NCBI GenBank assembly: GCA_965216875.1
Contig: OZ244207.1
Location: 6,528,001-6,592,000, forward strand
Length of the DNA stretch: 64,000 nucleotides
Source: Rubripirellula sp.
GTDB taxonomy: Bacteria; Planctomycetota; Planctomycetia; Pirellulales; Pirellulaceae
Reading direction: 5' to 3'
A program made the translations under genes and the position numbers. Below are positions 18,878 to 28,778 of the stretch, piece after piece; positions within the stretch are counted from its first letter, which is position 1, and each line of letters opens with the position of its first letter. Below the pieces are notes generated by a model. That model searched no databases and was not told the origin of the DNA. It was given only the letters and a program-made list of their open reading frames with translations.

Positions 18878-20041
18878 CTACGCGTTTTCGATGAGTGTCA
18901 GGTTGTCTCGGTGGACGACGCTCTCGTAGGGTCGATGACCGAGGATGTCGGCGATCTTGTCACTTGGTTGTCCCAGGATCCGCTCGACTTCCGATGAAGG
19001 GTAGTTGCACAGACCACGGGCGAACTCCTGGCCGCTGGGTCCGCGAAGTGAAACCACACTGCCCTGTTGGAATTGGCCTTCGACGTTGGTGATGCCGATG
19101 GCTAACAGGCTTGAACCCTTTTCGCAGACCGCTTTGGTGGCACCGGCGTCGAGTGTCAAGTTGCCAGCGACTCTTGCGGCACTGCCGATCCAGCGGCGGC
19201 GACCACGAATTGATTTTTCGGGCGCAAGAAAGAGTGTGCCGACATCTTGGCAATCAAAAACTTTGTCGAGGACTTGGTCATCATGTCCCGGCGCGATGAT
19301 CGTCGGATGTCCATGTGAGGTCGCCACGCGGGCTGCCTCCAGTTTGCTTGCCATTCCCCCTTTGCTCATCCCTGACTTTTTGTCGATCGCCAGCGCGGTG
19401 ATGGAATCGTCAATCGATTCGACCAGAGGGATTCGTTTGCTTTGCGGTAATTCGGGTGATCCGTCGTACAACCCGTCAACATCGGAGAGGATGATCAACA
19501 ACGCTCCGCCAAGAAGCCCTGCGACTTGAGCGGCCAGGCGATCGTTGTCGCCAAAGGTGGTCATCAATTCTGAGACGGCGACGGAATCGTTTTCGTTGAC
19601 GATCGCTATTGAGTTGTAGGCGTGGATTTGCGTCAACGCGTTGCGAACGTTCAGGTAGCCGCTGCGTCGCCTCAGGTCTGAAGCGGTCAACAAGACTTGC
19701 GCGGCGTGTCGGCTATGTTTGGCAAAGGCCGTTTCGTAGGCTTGGATCAGATCGGTCTGGCCGACGGCCGCAACCGCTTGCAGTTGGGCGAGTCCCCCCG
19801 GGCGTCGATTGAGTCCTAGTTTGCCCATGCCGGCACCAACAGCACCGCTGCTGACCATCACCGTTTGCCGCCCCGAGTCGGCGATCCGACAAAGTTGGGC
19901 GGCCAGCAAGTCGACGCGCGCGCGATCAAGTTTGCCTTCCGGAGTGGTCAGGACACGCGTGCCCACTTTGACGACGACGCTTTGGGCGTTGTCGATCACC
20001 AAGCGGCGGGGATCGTCACTGGAGGGGGCAGACGCGTTCAT
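18878..20041 (-). CDS. proB: Glutamate 5-kinase with PUA domain
   Basis: VVVKVGT, VSSGAV, AAVGQ, IVNENDSV, FGDND, GGMASK and a C-terminal PUA domain (VVHRDNL). Confidence 0.95.
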   Translation of the reverse strand: MNASAPSSDDPRRLVIDNAQSVVVKVGTRVLTTPEGKLDRARVDLLAAQLCRIADSGRQTVMVSSGAVGAGMGKLGLNRRPGGLAQLQAVAAVGQTDLIQAYETAFAKHSRHAAQVLLTASDLRRRSGYLNVRNALTQIHAYNSIAIVNENDSVAVSELMTTFGDNDRLAAQVAGLLGGALLIILSDVDGLYDGSPELPQSKRIPLVESIDDSITALAIDKKSGMSKGGMASKLEAARVATSHGHPTIIAPGHDDQVLDKVFDCQDVGTLFLAPEKSIRGRRRWIGSAARVAGNLTLDAGATKAVCEKGSSLLAIGITNVEGQFQQGSVVSLRGPSGQEFARGLCNYPSSEVERILGQPSDKIADILGHRPYESVVHRDNLTLIENA

Positions 20042-20376
20042 TTCGATGCTGGCGCGCTCGATTCGAGGTGGTTTACAAAAAAGTTTTTTCAATCTTTTGC
20101 GGCACGATTGCGTTGTCGAGCCGATCAGATTGTCATGGGGAATCGACGAACCTGGAAGGCCATCGTAAATTCAGATACAAGAGAGCAACGCCTGCTCAAA
20201 CGAGTTCGCCCCACTTTGGCGAGGTCGCAAAACCGTCAGTCACGGCTTTCTAGCCTAATTCCCGTGTTTCGGGCAACGTCCTGGAACGACAAAAAGCCGT
20301 CACTCATCGTTTTGCGACTGCACCAAGTACTGCCCCAACCGGCGCAGCAACGACCCCCGAAAATGAATCACTCGTT

Positions 20377-21993
20377 ATGAGCGAAATACATCACGAATGT
20401 GGTGTCGCCGCGATCTACCATCTCTCAGGTCGCGGCCGAAGTCCTATGTGTACCGAGGATGGTCCGCGACAAATCTCGCGGTTGCTTCCCCGCATGCTGC
20501 TGGACATCCAAAACCGCGGACAACTCGCTGCGGGGATGACGACCTACGACCCGGACCGCCCCACCCTGTTGCGCACACGCAAGGACGTTGGCACGGTGAC
20601 CGAAGTCTTTCGGCTCAACCATCGCGCCAAAGCCGAAAACTTGATGCGGCACCTCGCCGGTCGTGCTGCGATCGGACATGTGCGCTATGCAACCTGCGGC
20701 CAAGATGATCGCAGCTACGCACAACCGTTCGAACGCGAACACATTCACAAACGCAAGTGGTTTAGCTTCTGTTTTAACGGCCAGCTTTCCAACTACAGTT
20801 TGTTGAAAGAACGGTTGTTGGCTGATGGCGATCATCACCTTTCGCTCGACACAGATACCGAAATCATCATGCATGAGATCGGTCGTGTGCTTAGCAAAGC
20901 GCCGCGTCGAATGGATTGGATCGAAGTTCTCAAGCAAACCTGCGCCAACTTTGACGGCGCCTACAGCCTTGCCGTGTTGACCGCCGAAGGCGAAATGGTC
21001 GTCGCTCGCGATCCGCTTGGAATGAAGCCGATGTGTTACGTACACGAAGGCCCGCTCTTTGCCGCCGCAAGCGAAAGCGTCGCCCTGTTGAATCTTGGCT
21101 TCGACAACGACCAAATCAAATCGCTTCCTCCCGGGCACGCGATTTTGATCGATCCCAAGAATGGATTGCGCATCGAACGCTTTGCCGAGCCCCAAGATCC
21201 TGCTCACTGCTTTTTCGAGTGGATCTACTTTGCGAACGTCGCCAGTACTTTGGACGATCGCAGCGTCTATCTCAGTCGCACGGCGCTCGGCGTCGAGTTG
21301 GCTCAGGCGGAACGCGAATTCGGACAAGTCGATATCGATCGAGACGACACGATCATCGTGCCTGTTCCCGACACCAGTAAAGCGGCTGCCGACTCGATGG
21401 CTTTCGAGTTGTCGATTCCCTGCCAAGAAGGATTGATCCGCAATCGCTACGCCGGTCGTACATTTATCGAAGGTGGCCGCGCACGCAAAGCCAAGGCAGC
21501 GTCCAAGTACACGCCGCTTCGCGAAGTGCTCGAAGGGAAACGAGTCATCTTGGTCGAGGACTCGATTGTGCGAAGCACAACGATGAATGTGCTTCTCGAT
21601 CGTATTCGTGATGTGGGAGGCGCCAAAGAGATTCACGTTCGCGTTGCCTGTCCCCCGATCATCGCTCCCTGTTTTTACGGGATCGATATGAGCACCATCG
21701 ACCAGTTGATCGCGCCAAAGTACTTCTCGGTACGAGGTGAGCTGACCCCCGAGGCTCAACAGCGACTCGCCGACGATTTGGGCGCCGACACCTTGCGCTA
21801 CCTTCCGGTCGAGGCGATTGCACGCGCGATCGGCAAACCGAGCGAACACTTGTGCCAAGCATGTGTGACCGGAAAGTACCCGACCCAATGCGGCCAGCAT
21901 CTGTATCAGATCGCATTGGACAACCGTGGTTCCAAGGTCGACAGCAAGCGAACGTACGAGCAGCTCGCCGCCGCGATGGCAGGTGAGACCTAG
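20377..21993 (+). CDS. purF: Amidophosphoribosyltransferase
   Basis: N-terminal ECG (propeptide/Cys1), [41 protein letters not shown] and CQAC. Confidence 0.95.
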   Translation: MSEIHHECGVAAIYHLSGRGRSPMCTEDGPRQISRLLPRMLLDIQNRGQLAAGMTTYDPDRPTLLRTRKDVGTVTEVFRLNHRAKAENLMRHLAGRAAIGHVRYATCGQDDRSYAQPFEREHIHKRKWFSFCFNGQLSNYSLLKERLLADGDHHLSLDTDTEIIMHEIGRVLSKAPRRMDWIEVLKQTCANFDGAYSLAVLTAEGEMVVARDPLGMKPMCYVHEGPLFAAASESVALLNLGFDNDQIKSLPPGHAILIDPKNGLRIERFAEPQDPAHCFFEWIYFANVASTLDDRSVYLSRTALGVELAQAEREFGQVDIDRDDTIIVPVPDTSKAAADSMAFELSIPCQEGLIRNRYAGRTFIEGGRARKAKAASKYTPLREVLEGKRVILVEDSIVRSTTMNVLLDRIRDVGGAKEIHVRVACPPIIAPCFYGIDMSTIDQLIAPKYFSVRGELTPEAQQRLADDLGADTLRYLPVEAIARAIGKPSEHLCQACVTGKYPTQCGQHLYQIALDNRGSKVDSKRTYEQLAAAMAGET

Positions 21994-22490
21994 TCATCGC
22001 CGAGAGCATGGTCGGCGAGTTCAGACAACGCTTCAAGGATCATGCGTTCGCAAATCGATTCCGCCTCGTCGCGAGTGTGTTTTCCGCGCTCTAAGTTCTC
22101 AGACCAAGCCGTTTGCAGTCCCTTTCCGTTGACGCAAACGTGAATCTGGTCCTGATGCGATCTCGGTGGGTCCGTTGGTAAAGCGGCAACCAGCGCCAAG
22201 CCATACCAGGCATCGATCTTGCGGTCGTCACTCAGTTTTCGGCACCGGTGGTAGGCAACACTGGCGAGCTGTTTTGCTGTTGGTAATGATGCACTTGGTC
22301 CGGCCGGCGCGCTGCCAAGGTAGTCGTGCATCGATGCACGCGAGTAAGGAACGACGGCTTCAACGAATGTCCGCGATGCACCGGCTTGGGAAAAACAGCG
22401 GCCGATTGCGTTGCAGCCGCCGCCGGACATCACCATCGCAACGGCACAGGGCGATTGACGCAGTTTGTTGTGTAGCGTGTTCCAATCCAT
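21990..22490 (-). CDS. CinA C-terminal-like (PncC fold) hypothetical protein
   Basis: 'MSGGGCNAI...[15 protein letters not shown]...[11 protein letters not shown]...GLAL' resembles the CinA_C family. Confidence 0.5.
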   Translation of the reverse strand: MDWNTLHNKLRQSPCAVAMVMSGGGCNAIGRCFSQAGASRTFVEAVVPYSRASMHDYLGSAPAGPSASLPTAKQLASVAYHRCRKLSDDRKIDAWYGLALVAALPTDPPRSHQDQIHVCVNGKGLQTAWSENLERGKHTRDEAESICERMILEALSELADHALGDD

Positions 22491-22583
22491 GTCGATTGAT
22501 TCTAGTGAACGCGGCCGTGATGGAGGCAATCCAATGGATGCAAATTGCCGTCGCATAGGCAGTAGGCATTCTCGGCCAAGGTC

Positions 22584-23891
22584 CTAGGGCGACGGGATTC
22601 GGCGTAGCGAGCCACGCACGAACCGCATCGGCGTTGCGTCAGCGAGACTTGCGGGCGGATCGGCGACCAATTCGCCAAGTTGTCGGATTTGCAAGTGACC
22701 ATCAACACGGATGTCACGCGCGATCAGGCTGCCGGTCAGAATCAGATGATGGTTGTCGACAAGCGGGTCGAGTCGAAAGTCGTTCGTCGTATAAATCAGT
22801 CCGGTGAGCGACGTCGCATAAACATCGGTCTGGTCGCTATCGGAGTCTGTACCGGCATAGGGCATGATCGGGGGATTGAAGTTCACGCCGCGATCGTCTT
22901 CATCAAGAGTTGCTTCGATGTCGTACAGGTGGATGTTGGAGTCGGTTACCAAGATCGCGTCGGCCGCGCCTGGGTGACGCCAAACAATACCGCCACGAAT
23001 CTCGATATCTGCGGCATTGTAAATCGCAAGGGTGGCTTCGATTCGGGAGTTCTGGATTCGAATATCGAACCCGCCCGCATTGATCCAATAGATTCCGTTG
23101 GGGTCAACACTGCCGTAGGGATTCACGGTCTTTGAAAGTACAACGTCGCGGATGGCGCGGTCGCCGCCCGACCAACCGAGTGCGCCGCGTGGAATTCGCG
23201 TACCTTTCGAAATGTATTCACTGACGATGTCGCTCGTCGGCATGCTGACGGCACTGGTCGCGCGGTCGCCTCGCAGATAGACATAGGATTCGATATTGCC
23301 TGCGCACTCGAGTCGGGGTGCCGTGATGATGCCCCATGAGTTGGTCTTGCAATCATCATGGACTTGAATGCTGCCTTCGGCCGCAATGGTCCCGCCATCT
23401 TCCACTCGAATGTCGTCCGATGCCGTGACGCTGTAGTGCAAGATTTGGAATGGATTGGGGTCCGATTCCAGCGTTGCCACAATCGCAGCTTCGGCACGTC
23501 CCACCGAGGCATGAATGGTGAGGTCGACAGCGTCGGAAAGGTCATCGGCCAAGTTCCCATCGACGTCGACAAATCGATGACGCACCGTGCCTTCGTTCAC
23601 GGAGACACCATCGACCGTGGTGCCGTACCAATTAGTGAACGCGTTGTTGGTTGAATTGTCTCGCCATAGAGAACTCGTTCTCATGCCAGATGCGATTCGA
23701 TGAAGCTCGTTTTCGGCAAGCCGGAGCGCAGATTGCCGCGAGAGTCGATCGTTTTCCGCTCGCAGGTTCGACGTCGACATGGCAAGTGCACCAGCGACCG
23801 CCGTCATGATGATCAACGACGTGAAAAGAACGGCCAAGTAGATGAAGCCGTTGCGGCGCGACGCGTTTGGAGAGGTTCGCAGCGTTCTCAT
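22584..23891 (-). CDS. PilX/GspK-like pseudopilin-associated protein
   Basis: Prepilin-like leader RRNG|FIYLAVL lacking Glu5, a TM helix and a beta-rich C-terminus. Coupled to the upstream pilin genes. Confidence 0.7.
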   Translation of the reverse strand: MRTLRTSPNASRRNGFIYLAVLFTSLIIMTAVAGALAMSTSNLRAENDRLSRQSALRLAENELHRIASGMRTSSLWRDNSTNNAFTNWYGTTVDGVSVNEGTVRHRFVDVDGNLADDLSDAVDLTIHASVGRAEAAIVATLESDPNPFQILHYSVTASDDIRVEDGGTIAAEGSIQVHDDCKTNSWGIITAPRLECAGNIESYVYLRGDRATSAVSMPTSDIVSEYISKGTRIPRGALGWSGGDRAIRDVVLSKTVNPYGSVDPNGIYWINAGGFDIRIQNSRIEATLAIYNAADIEIRGGIVWRHPGAADAILVTDSNIHLYDIEATLDEDDRGVNFNPPIMPYAGTDSDSDQTDVYATSLTGLIYTTNDFRLDPLVDNHHLILTGSLIARDIRVDGHLQIRQLGELVADPPASLADATPMRFVRGSLRRIPSP

Positions 23892-24502
23892 CAGTCGGCA
23901 TCCGGGTGATTGCGAAGCGGAGCACTAATCGACATCTGTCGCTGTGAATAACGCAGATCCACTTGCCGCCAACGTTCATAGGAAATCGACTCCGGCAAAT
24001 TGGTCGGGACGTTCGACACAATCGCATCGGCCGAGGCTCGCGTTCCGTCTGGGGCGTCGCAATTGACCACGATTCGGCGGAGAGGATCGGAGTCGTCGTT
24101 GCTGGTGACGATCCCGGTGGCGTCGCCGATCGCAGGGGTCACCGTCACCGAGATTGTCCAACCGTCAAAGCCGTCCATCGCTACGCCGTTGCGAAACGTC
24201 GGTGGACTCTGCGTGAAGTTGTGATAGTCGTCGACATCGTCGTACGTGTTGCGATCGGCCGCATCTTCGTCGGATTCAATTCCATAGACGGGCGATTCTC
24301 GGTCCTGGAATTCTGCTGCCGAGATTTCGTCCAGCATCCAGCCAACGATCCACTGTGCATCGCTTGCGGTTCGGTTTTCGGCATCGTTTCGCATCAGGTT
24401 GGCCGAGGCGGTTAGCGAAACCAACAGCACCGTCGAAACCAAGACAAGCGAAACCATGATTTCAATCAACGTGACGCCATCACGCATTTTTGAAGGGATC
24501 AT
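23891..24502 (-). CDS. Prepilin-type N-terminal cleavage/methylation protein (PilV/GspI-like)
   Basis: RDG|VTLIEIMVSL leader. ATGA overlap with the upstream gene. Confidence 0.85.
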   Translation of the reverse strand: MIPSKMRDGVTLIEIMVSLVLVSTVLLVSLTASANLMRNDAENRTASDAQWIVGWMLDEISAAEFQDRESPVYGIESDEDAADRNTYDDVDDYHNFTQSPPTFRNGVAMDGFDGWTISVTVTPAIGDATGIVTSNDDSDPLRRIVVNCDAPDGTRASADAIVSNVPTNLPESISYERWRQVDLRYSQRQMSISAPLRNHPDAD

Positions 24503-25566
24503 TGTTCGACTCCGACGCGGATCCCTGTGTGCAACACATAGCCGTAGTCGTACGCCTGCCACAGGCGCGGCGTTGTTGTGATTTCTGGCGACGGTCCCGT
24601 ACGAACCGCCACTCCCACCGATGTCTGTGAGCTGCCATTGCCACCGGTGACGCGAACAACATCGGTAAAGGATGCGACTCCGAGCGTACCGTTGGGCCAA
24701 GGGTCCCCATCGCCGGCAAAGACTTGCACGTTTAGTTGCCCGGCCAAAAAGCCATCGCGGTCTTCAAGGATGGTTGGATTGAATTGGGGCAGGACGGGCC
24801 AAGCATACGGCGTCGCTGTGTCTCGCCAATCGATCGGTGACGAAGTGTTTGCGTTTTCGATTGCCAGGATCGCCGCTGCGATCGAGGAGGCGGGCGAGAT
24901 ATTGAGCGTTAGCGTTTCGGGGATCGAGCTGTTGTGGATTTGGTAATAGTTGAAGGCTCGCGAGTTAGAGACCGAAAGCGTGCTAATGGTTTGCCAGCCC
25001 GGCGAGTCGACGTCGACTCGGTCGGGTGTTCGAGCGGAAATGCACAGCAAGAGCAAGTCGCCTTCCTGGCAGCTCGGCGGAAGGTCAATGTCGATGGACG
25101 TCGTGATTCCATTGGTCGCCGCGGTGTTGGTTGAGCGAACCCGCGCGAATTGGCTGGACTGTATCAGTGTGGGCGCGGTGTAGCCGTCGACTTGAAACTG
25201 AGACGCTGGGGCCTCGGTGTCGTAGGGAACTGCTGGTCCACTTTCAACTTGACGCGTCAGGCCGTCCGCCGAGGTCTGGTACCAAATGCGTTCGAGCGTA
25301 CCGCTTTCGGGATTGGCTCGCGTGATCTGAAAACCATTGCCGCTGTTTTCATCGACATCCGTTGCATAGCGGAGGTCCGAGGCAAGGCGGTCCGTGATCG
25401 CGCGATCGTGCCAAACCGACGCGTTGTCCGGAGGTGTTTCAAGCAGCCGTGTGCTGATCATGATGGTCGCCGCAAGCGAAGCGACCAGGATTGACGCTGA
25501 AATCAATGCGACGATCAGCTCAATCAGAGTGAATCCATGTCGTGGTTGTTTGCGGAGTCGGTCCAT
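24499..25566 (-). CDS. Prepilin-type protein (PilW/GspJ-like) with C-terminal beta domain
   Basis: RHG|FTLIELIVAL leader. Confidence 0.85.
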   Translation of the reverse strand: MDRLRKQPRHGFTLIELIVALISASILVASLAATIMISTRLLETPPDNASVWHDRAITDRLASDLRYATDVDENSGNGFQITRANPESGTLERIWYQTSADGLTRQVESGPAVPYDTEAPASQFQVDGYTAPTLIQSSQFARVRSTNTAATNGITTSIDIDLPPSCQEGDLLLLCISARTPDRVDVDSPGWQTISTLSVSNSRAFNYYQIHNSSIPETLTLNISPASSIAAAILAIENANTSSPIDWRDTATPYAWPVLPQFNPTILEDRDGFLAGQLNVQVFAGDGDPWPNGTLGVASFTDVVRVTGGNGSSQTSVGVAVRTGPSPEITTTPRLWQAYDYGYVLHTGIRVGVEQ

Positions 25567-26126
25567 TACAGGCTTGCTCCAAAATCAACTTCGACTTCGC
25601 GCGCTTGCCCAACGCCAACGCCATTGCCTTGGTCTTGGATGATCAATCTGCGCACCGTCGTCGCGCCCGTGCCAGGCGTGATTTCAATTTCGAATGCCGT
25701 CCCGTCAAACGCGAGCACAAGGGATCCGTCAGCCAATGGGGTCGAACCGACGTAGGGGACGCCTTCGAAATTGAACGAAAGCGAAGTGTTCGAATCGAAG
25801 TCTGCGGTGAGCGTGAATGCGGGGTCGTATTCGTCGCGGATCGAAATGTAGATCAGTTCGCCGTGTCGTTCTGGGAAGTCGACTTCGCCACTGCCATAGC
25901 GATGCGACGTGTTGCTGCAGTGAAACGTTGTTGTGCGTGCTTCGTTGACGGCGACGCGACGGATATAGTCGATGTGGGCTGCCGTCTGGCGTGCGGCCAC
26001 TTGCAATTTGGTGCGCCGGATCGAGTCGGTGAAGCGTGGCGCAGCAAGCGCAGCCATCAGCCCAAGAATCAAGATCACGATCGTGACGTCGACCATGGTC
26101 AGGGCGCGGTGGCGGCGAGGCGACAT
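25566..26126 (-). CDS. Prepilin-type protein (FimT/GspH-like)
   Basis: RHRA|LTMVDVTIVILILGLMAALAAPRF...AARQTAAHIDYIRRVAV pattern, with Asp at position 5. Confidence 0.8.
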   Translation of the reverse strand: MSPRRHRALTMVDVTIVILILGLMAALAAPRFTDSIRRTKLQVAARQTAAHIDYIRRVAVNEARTTTFHCSNTSHRYGSGEVDFPERHGELIYISIRDEYDPAFTLTADFDSNTSLSFNFEGVPYVGSTPLADGSLVLAFDGTAFEIEITPGTGATTVRRLIIQDQGNGVGVGQAREVEVDFGASL

Positions 26127-26308
26127 GCGTGCGGGCTCGAGAGCGGTGATGGCATCGCAAAACACGCGTTTTGCGTTACCAAAACCTACGTCATTGCCTT
26201 GTTGCAAACGCAGCACAAGCACGGCGAAGATCGCCGCGATCGAGAGCCTAATCGTTGCAGAGGTTAGGTCTGCTACAACCCGAACTCAATCGCAATGCCA
26301 ATGATTGC

Positions 26309-27271
26309 CTACCATCCCAGGACATAGGCAAAAACCAGCGGCGCCACGATGGAGGCATCGCTTTGGATCATGAATTTGGGGGCTTCTGCCGAGAGTTTCT
26401 GCCAGGTGATTTTCTCGTTGGGGACCGCTCCGCTATAGCCGCCGTAGCTGGTGACCGCATCGCTGACTTGGCAAAAGTAGCTCCAGAGCGGAATCTCTTC
26501 TTTCAGGTCTTGGATCAACATCGGAACGACACAAACAGGAAAGTCGCCCGCGATCCCGCCGCCAATCTGGAAAAAACCGATTGGGTGATCGCTGCTCGTT
26601 TCGCGGTACCAAGAGGCCAAACGCTCCATCTGTTGCGTGCCCGTTGCGATCGCAGAATGGTTGGCGACAGTGCCGTCAATCACGCGCGCGGTAAAGATGT
26701 TTCCGAGCGTCGAATCTTCGAAACCAGGGACAAAGACAGGCACGCCAGCATCTTTGGCGGCGGCAACCCAGCTGTGCTCGCGTGGGATCTGGAAATGCGT
26801 GGCGAGGTCTTCGTCATCGAGAAGGTCGAACATGAAATCCGATGGCATTCGCTGCGATGAGCTGCTCGCGGCTTCCTGCCACAGCTTGGTGACGCGGTGC
26901 TCGATGTGGCGCATCACGGTTTCAGGTATGCAGGTGTCGGTGACTCGATTGAACCCTTGGTCGAGAAGAGCGACTTCATCTTCGGCTGACAGAGCACGCC
27001 AGTTTTCGACGATTCTGTATTCGTCGTGAGCAACCAGATTGAAGAGGTCCTCTTCCAGGTTGGCAGCAGTGCATGTGATCGCGTGGACTTTGCCCGCTCG
27101 GATCATTTCAGCCAGCGAAATGCCGAGCTCGCCGGTACTCATTGCCCCAGCGAGGGTGACCATCATCTTTCCCCCACCCTCAACAAGATCACGGTAGCTA
27201 CGAGCCGCAGCAACCAATTCGCGGGCATTGAAATGTCGAAAGTGAGTATCGAGGAATTCAGAGACGTTCAT
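26309..27271 (-). CDS. Deoxyhypusine synthase family protein (bacterial DHS-like; possible homospermidine synthase)
   Basis: TLAGAMST, TAANLEED, NRVTD, DSTLG, IGGG and YGGYSGAVPNEKITWQK (catalytic Lys retained). Confidence 0.88.
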   Translation of the reverse strand: MNVSEFLDTHFRHFNARELVAAARSYRDLVEGGGKMMVTLAGAMSTGELGISLAEMIRAGKVHAITCTAANLEEDLFNLVAHDEYRIVENWRALSAEDEVALLDQGFNRVTDTCIPETVMRHIEHRVTKLWQEAASSSSQRMPSDFMFDLLDDEDLATHFQIPREHSWVAAAKDAGVPVFVPGFEDSTLGNIFTARVIDGTVANHSAIATGTQQMERLASWYRETSSDHPIGFFQIGGGIAGDFPVCVVPMLIQDLKEEIPLWSYFCQVSDAVTSYGGYSGAVPNEKITWQKLSAEAPKFMIQSDASIVAPLVFAYVLGW

Positions 27272-27386
27272 CGTTTCGCGGCCAAAGAGGATCGGGAGGC
27301 CCAAAATGCTAGCGGATTCCCAGAAAAGGTGTGCAAGACTCATTTTCTCGCCAAGCACTTGCTGAGAATTTCAGCGTCCTTCGACA

Positions 27387-28345
27387 GGGGACAGGCACCT
27401 AGTGCTGGAGTTACCGTGCCATGAGGTGAAGTGTTTGCCCAGGTTCACGCGTGCTCCAACAATCACCCTCCCGCTTGCGGGAGGGTCGGACGCAAAGTCC
27501 GGGGAGGGAATAGCCCTCTCCGGGCCGTGGAGCCCGACTCTCCCAGGGGAGAGTGTTGAAATGCGCAGTTTCGAAGCCTAGTGGAAGCGAAATTGCAATC
27601 CGCAGCACTAGCAAGGGGACAGGCGGATCAACCCAGGGGACAGGCGCTTGGCATGAACCGGGCATGAACCGGGGACAGGCACCTGTTTACAGCCAGGTCC
27701 ACTTTCGACTTGCCATGGGGACAGGGACTTGCCATGGGGACAGGCACTCATCTAGGGGACAGGCATTTGTGCTACGAATTGCGTTTTCAGCAGCAGAAGT
27801 CTTTGCCCAAGTTCACACAACTGAGCCGCGATCGCGTAAGCGGCCGGGCCTTAGTCGCCTTCACACTCGCTGCGCGTCGGCAAGGGCCCGAGCCCTGACG
27901 GCCAGCGGCTCACGAGATGCTCTGTCCCCGCTCGGATCGTTTGGTGCCTGTCCCCCGCGCGGTCCGCTTCAACATCTCCGGATTCTGCTAGTGCTCTGTC
28001 CCCGTCAAAGGTGCACTTCCAGCAGCAGAAGTCTTTGCCCAAGTTCACACAATTGAGCCGCGATCGCGTAAGTGGCCGGGCCTTAGTCGCCTTCAAACTC
28101 GCTGCGCGTCGGCAAGGGCCCGAGGCCTGACAGCCAGCGGCTCACGAGATGCTCTGTCCCCGCTTGGATCGTTTGGTGCCTGTCCCCTGCGCGGTCCGCT
28201 TCAACATCTCCGGGTTCTGCCAGTGCTGTGTCCCCGCCAAAGGTGGCCCGATTGCCTTGCGCGGTGCCTGTCCCCTGTTTCCATCAGGTGCCTGTCCCCT
28301 GTTTGCGCCCTGTTTGCGCAGGTCTCGCGCTAGTGCTCTGTCCCC
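27387..28345. repeat. Composite intergenic repeat mosaic: about 16 GGGGACAG-type units, REP-like families A and B, and a 232-bp tandem duplication
   Basis: Forward GGGGACAG at 27387, 27615, 27636, 27671, 27717, 27736 and 27755. Nine reverse (T)GTCCCC-type copies between about 27920 and 28345. 27788-28013 is nearly identical to 28020-28245. Confidence 0.92.
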
Positions 28346-28778
28346 GTGTTTGGGGGAATCCCTGCGGGTGGGGGGATGGGTTTTGGAAAAAAAGATTTCG
28401 TGCATCGATGCACGAGCTCGATCGGTGAACCGTTGTCGCCTGATAGGTGTCGGAAATGCTATCGACGGCTGGAGTTACGGCACGATCCTCCGTGCCTGCA
28501 CAATTCGGGCCAGATTATCTCAGTTGCCCTTTTCGTCATTTGCCGGATCTGATAGGTTCTCAGAGTGATCACCGGCCCAGTTGAAGCGTTCTACCTCCAC
28601 CTTTGCCCATTTTTCACCGCCTCGGCATCCGCAATCGCCGCGACGGCATGGCAATTCTTTTACCTAGCTCGTCTTTCCCAGCGAGCTAACGGTTTGCGCT
28701 GAACGTCTCGACTGACGCCACAAAACATTTCAACGGGCCGATAAACCTATTTGGCTTTCGAAGGAGCTTTCACCAACG

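Noticed and set aside
20425..21900. 491-aa antisense ORF over purF
   Set aside because: Fully overlaps a confident gene on the opposite strand, so it is a shadow ORF.
27387..28345. CRISPR array
   Set aside because: Repeats are about 12 bp, occur in both orientations with irregular spacing and duplicated spacers, and there are no cas genes.
27411..28568. ORFs across the repeat mosaic (e.g. 27553-28056, 28149-28568)
   Set aside because: Translations just reflect the DNA repeats (GTG/GQA/ACPL), with no RBS or domain signal.
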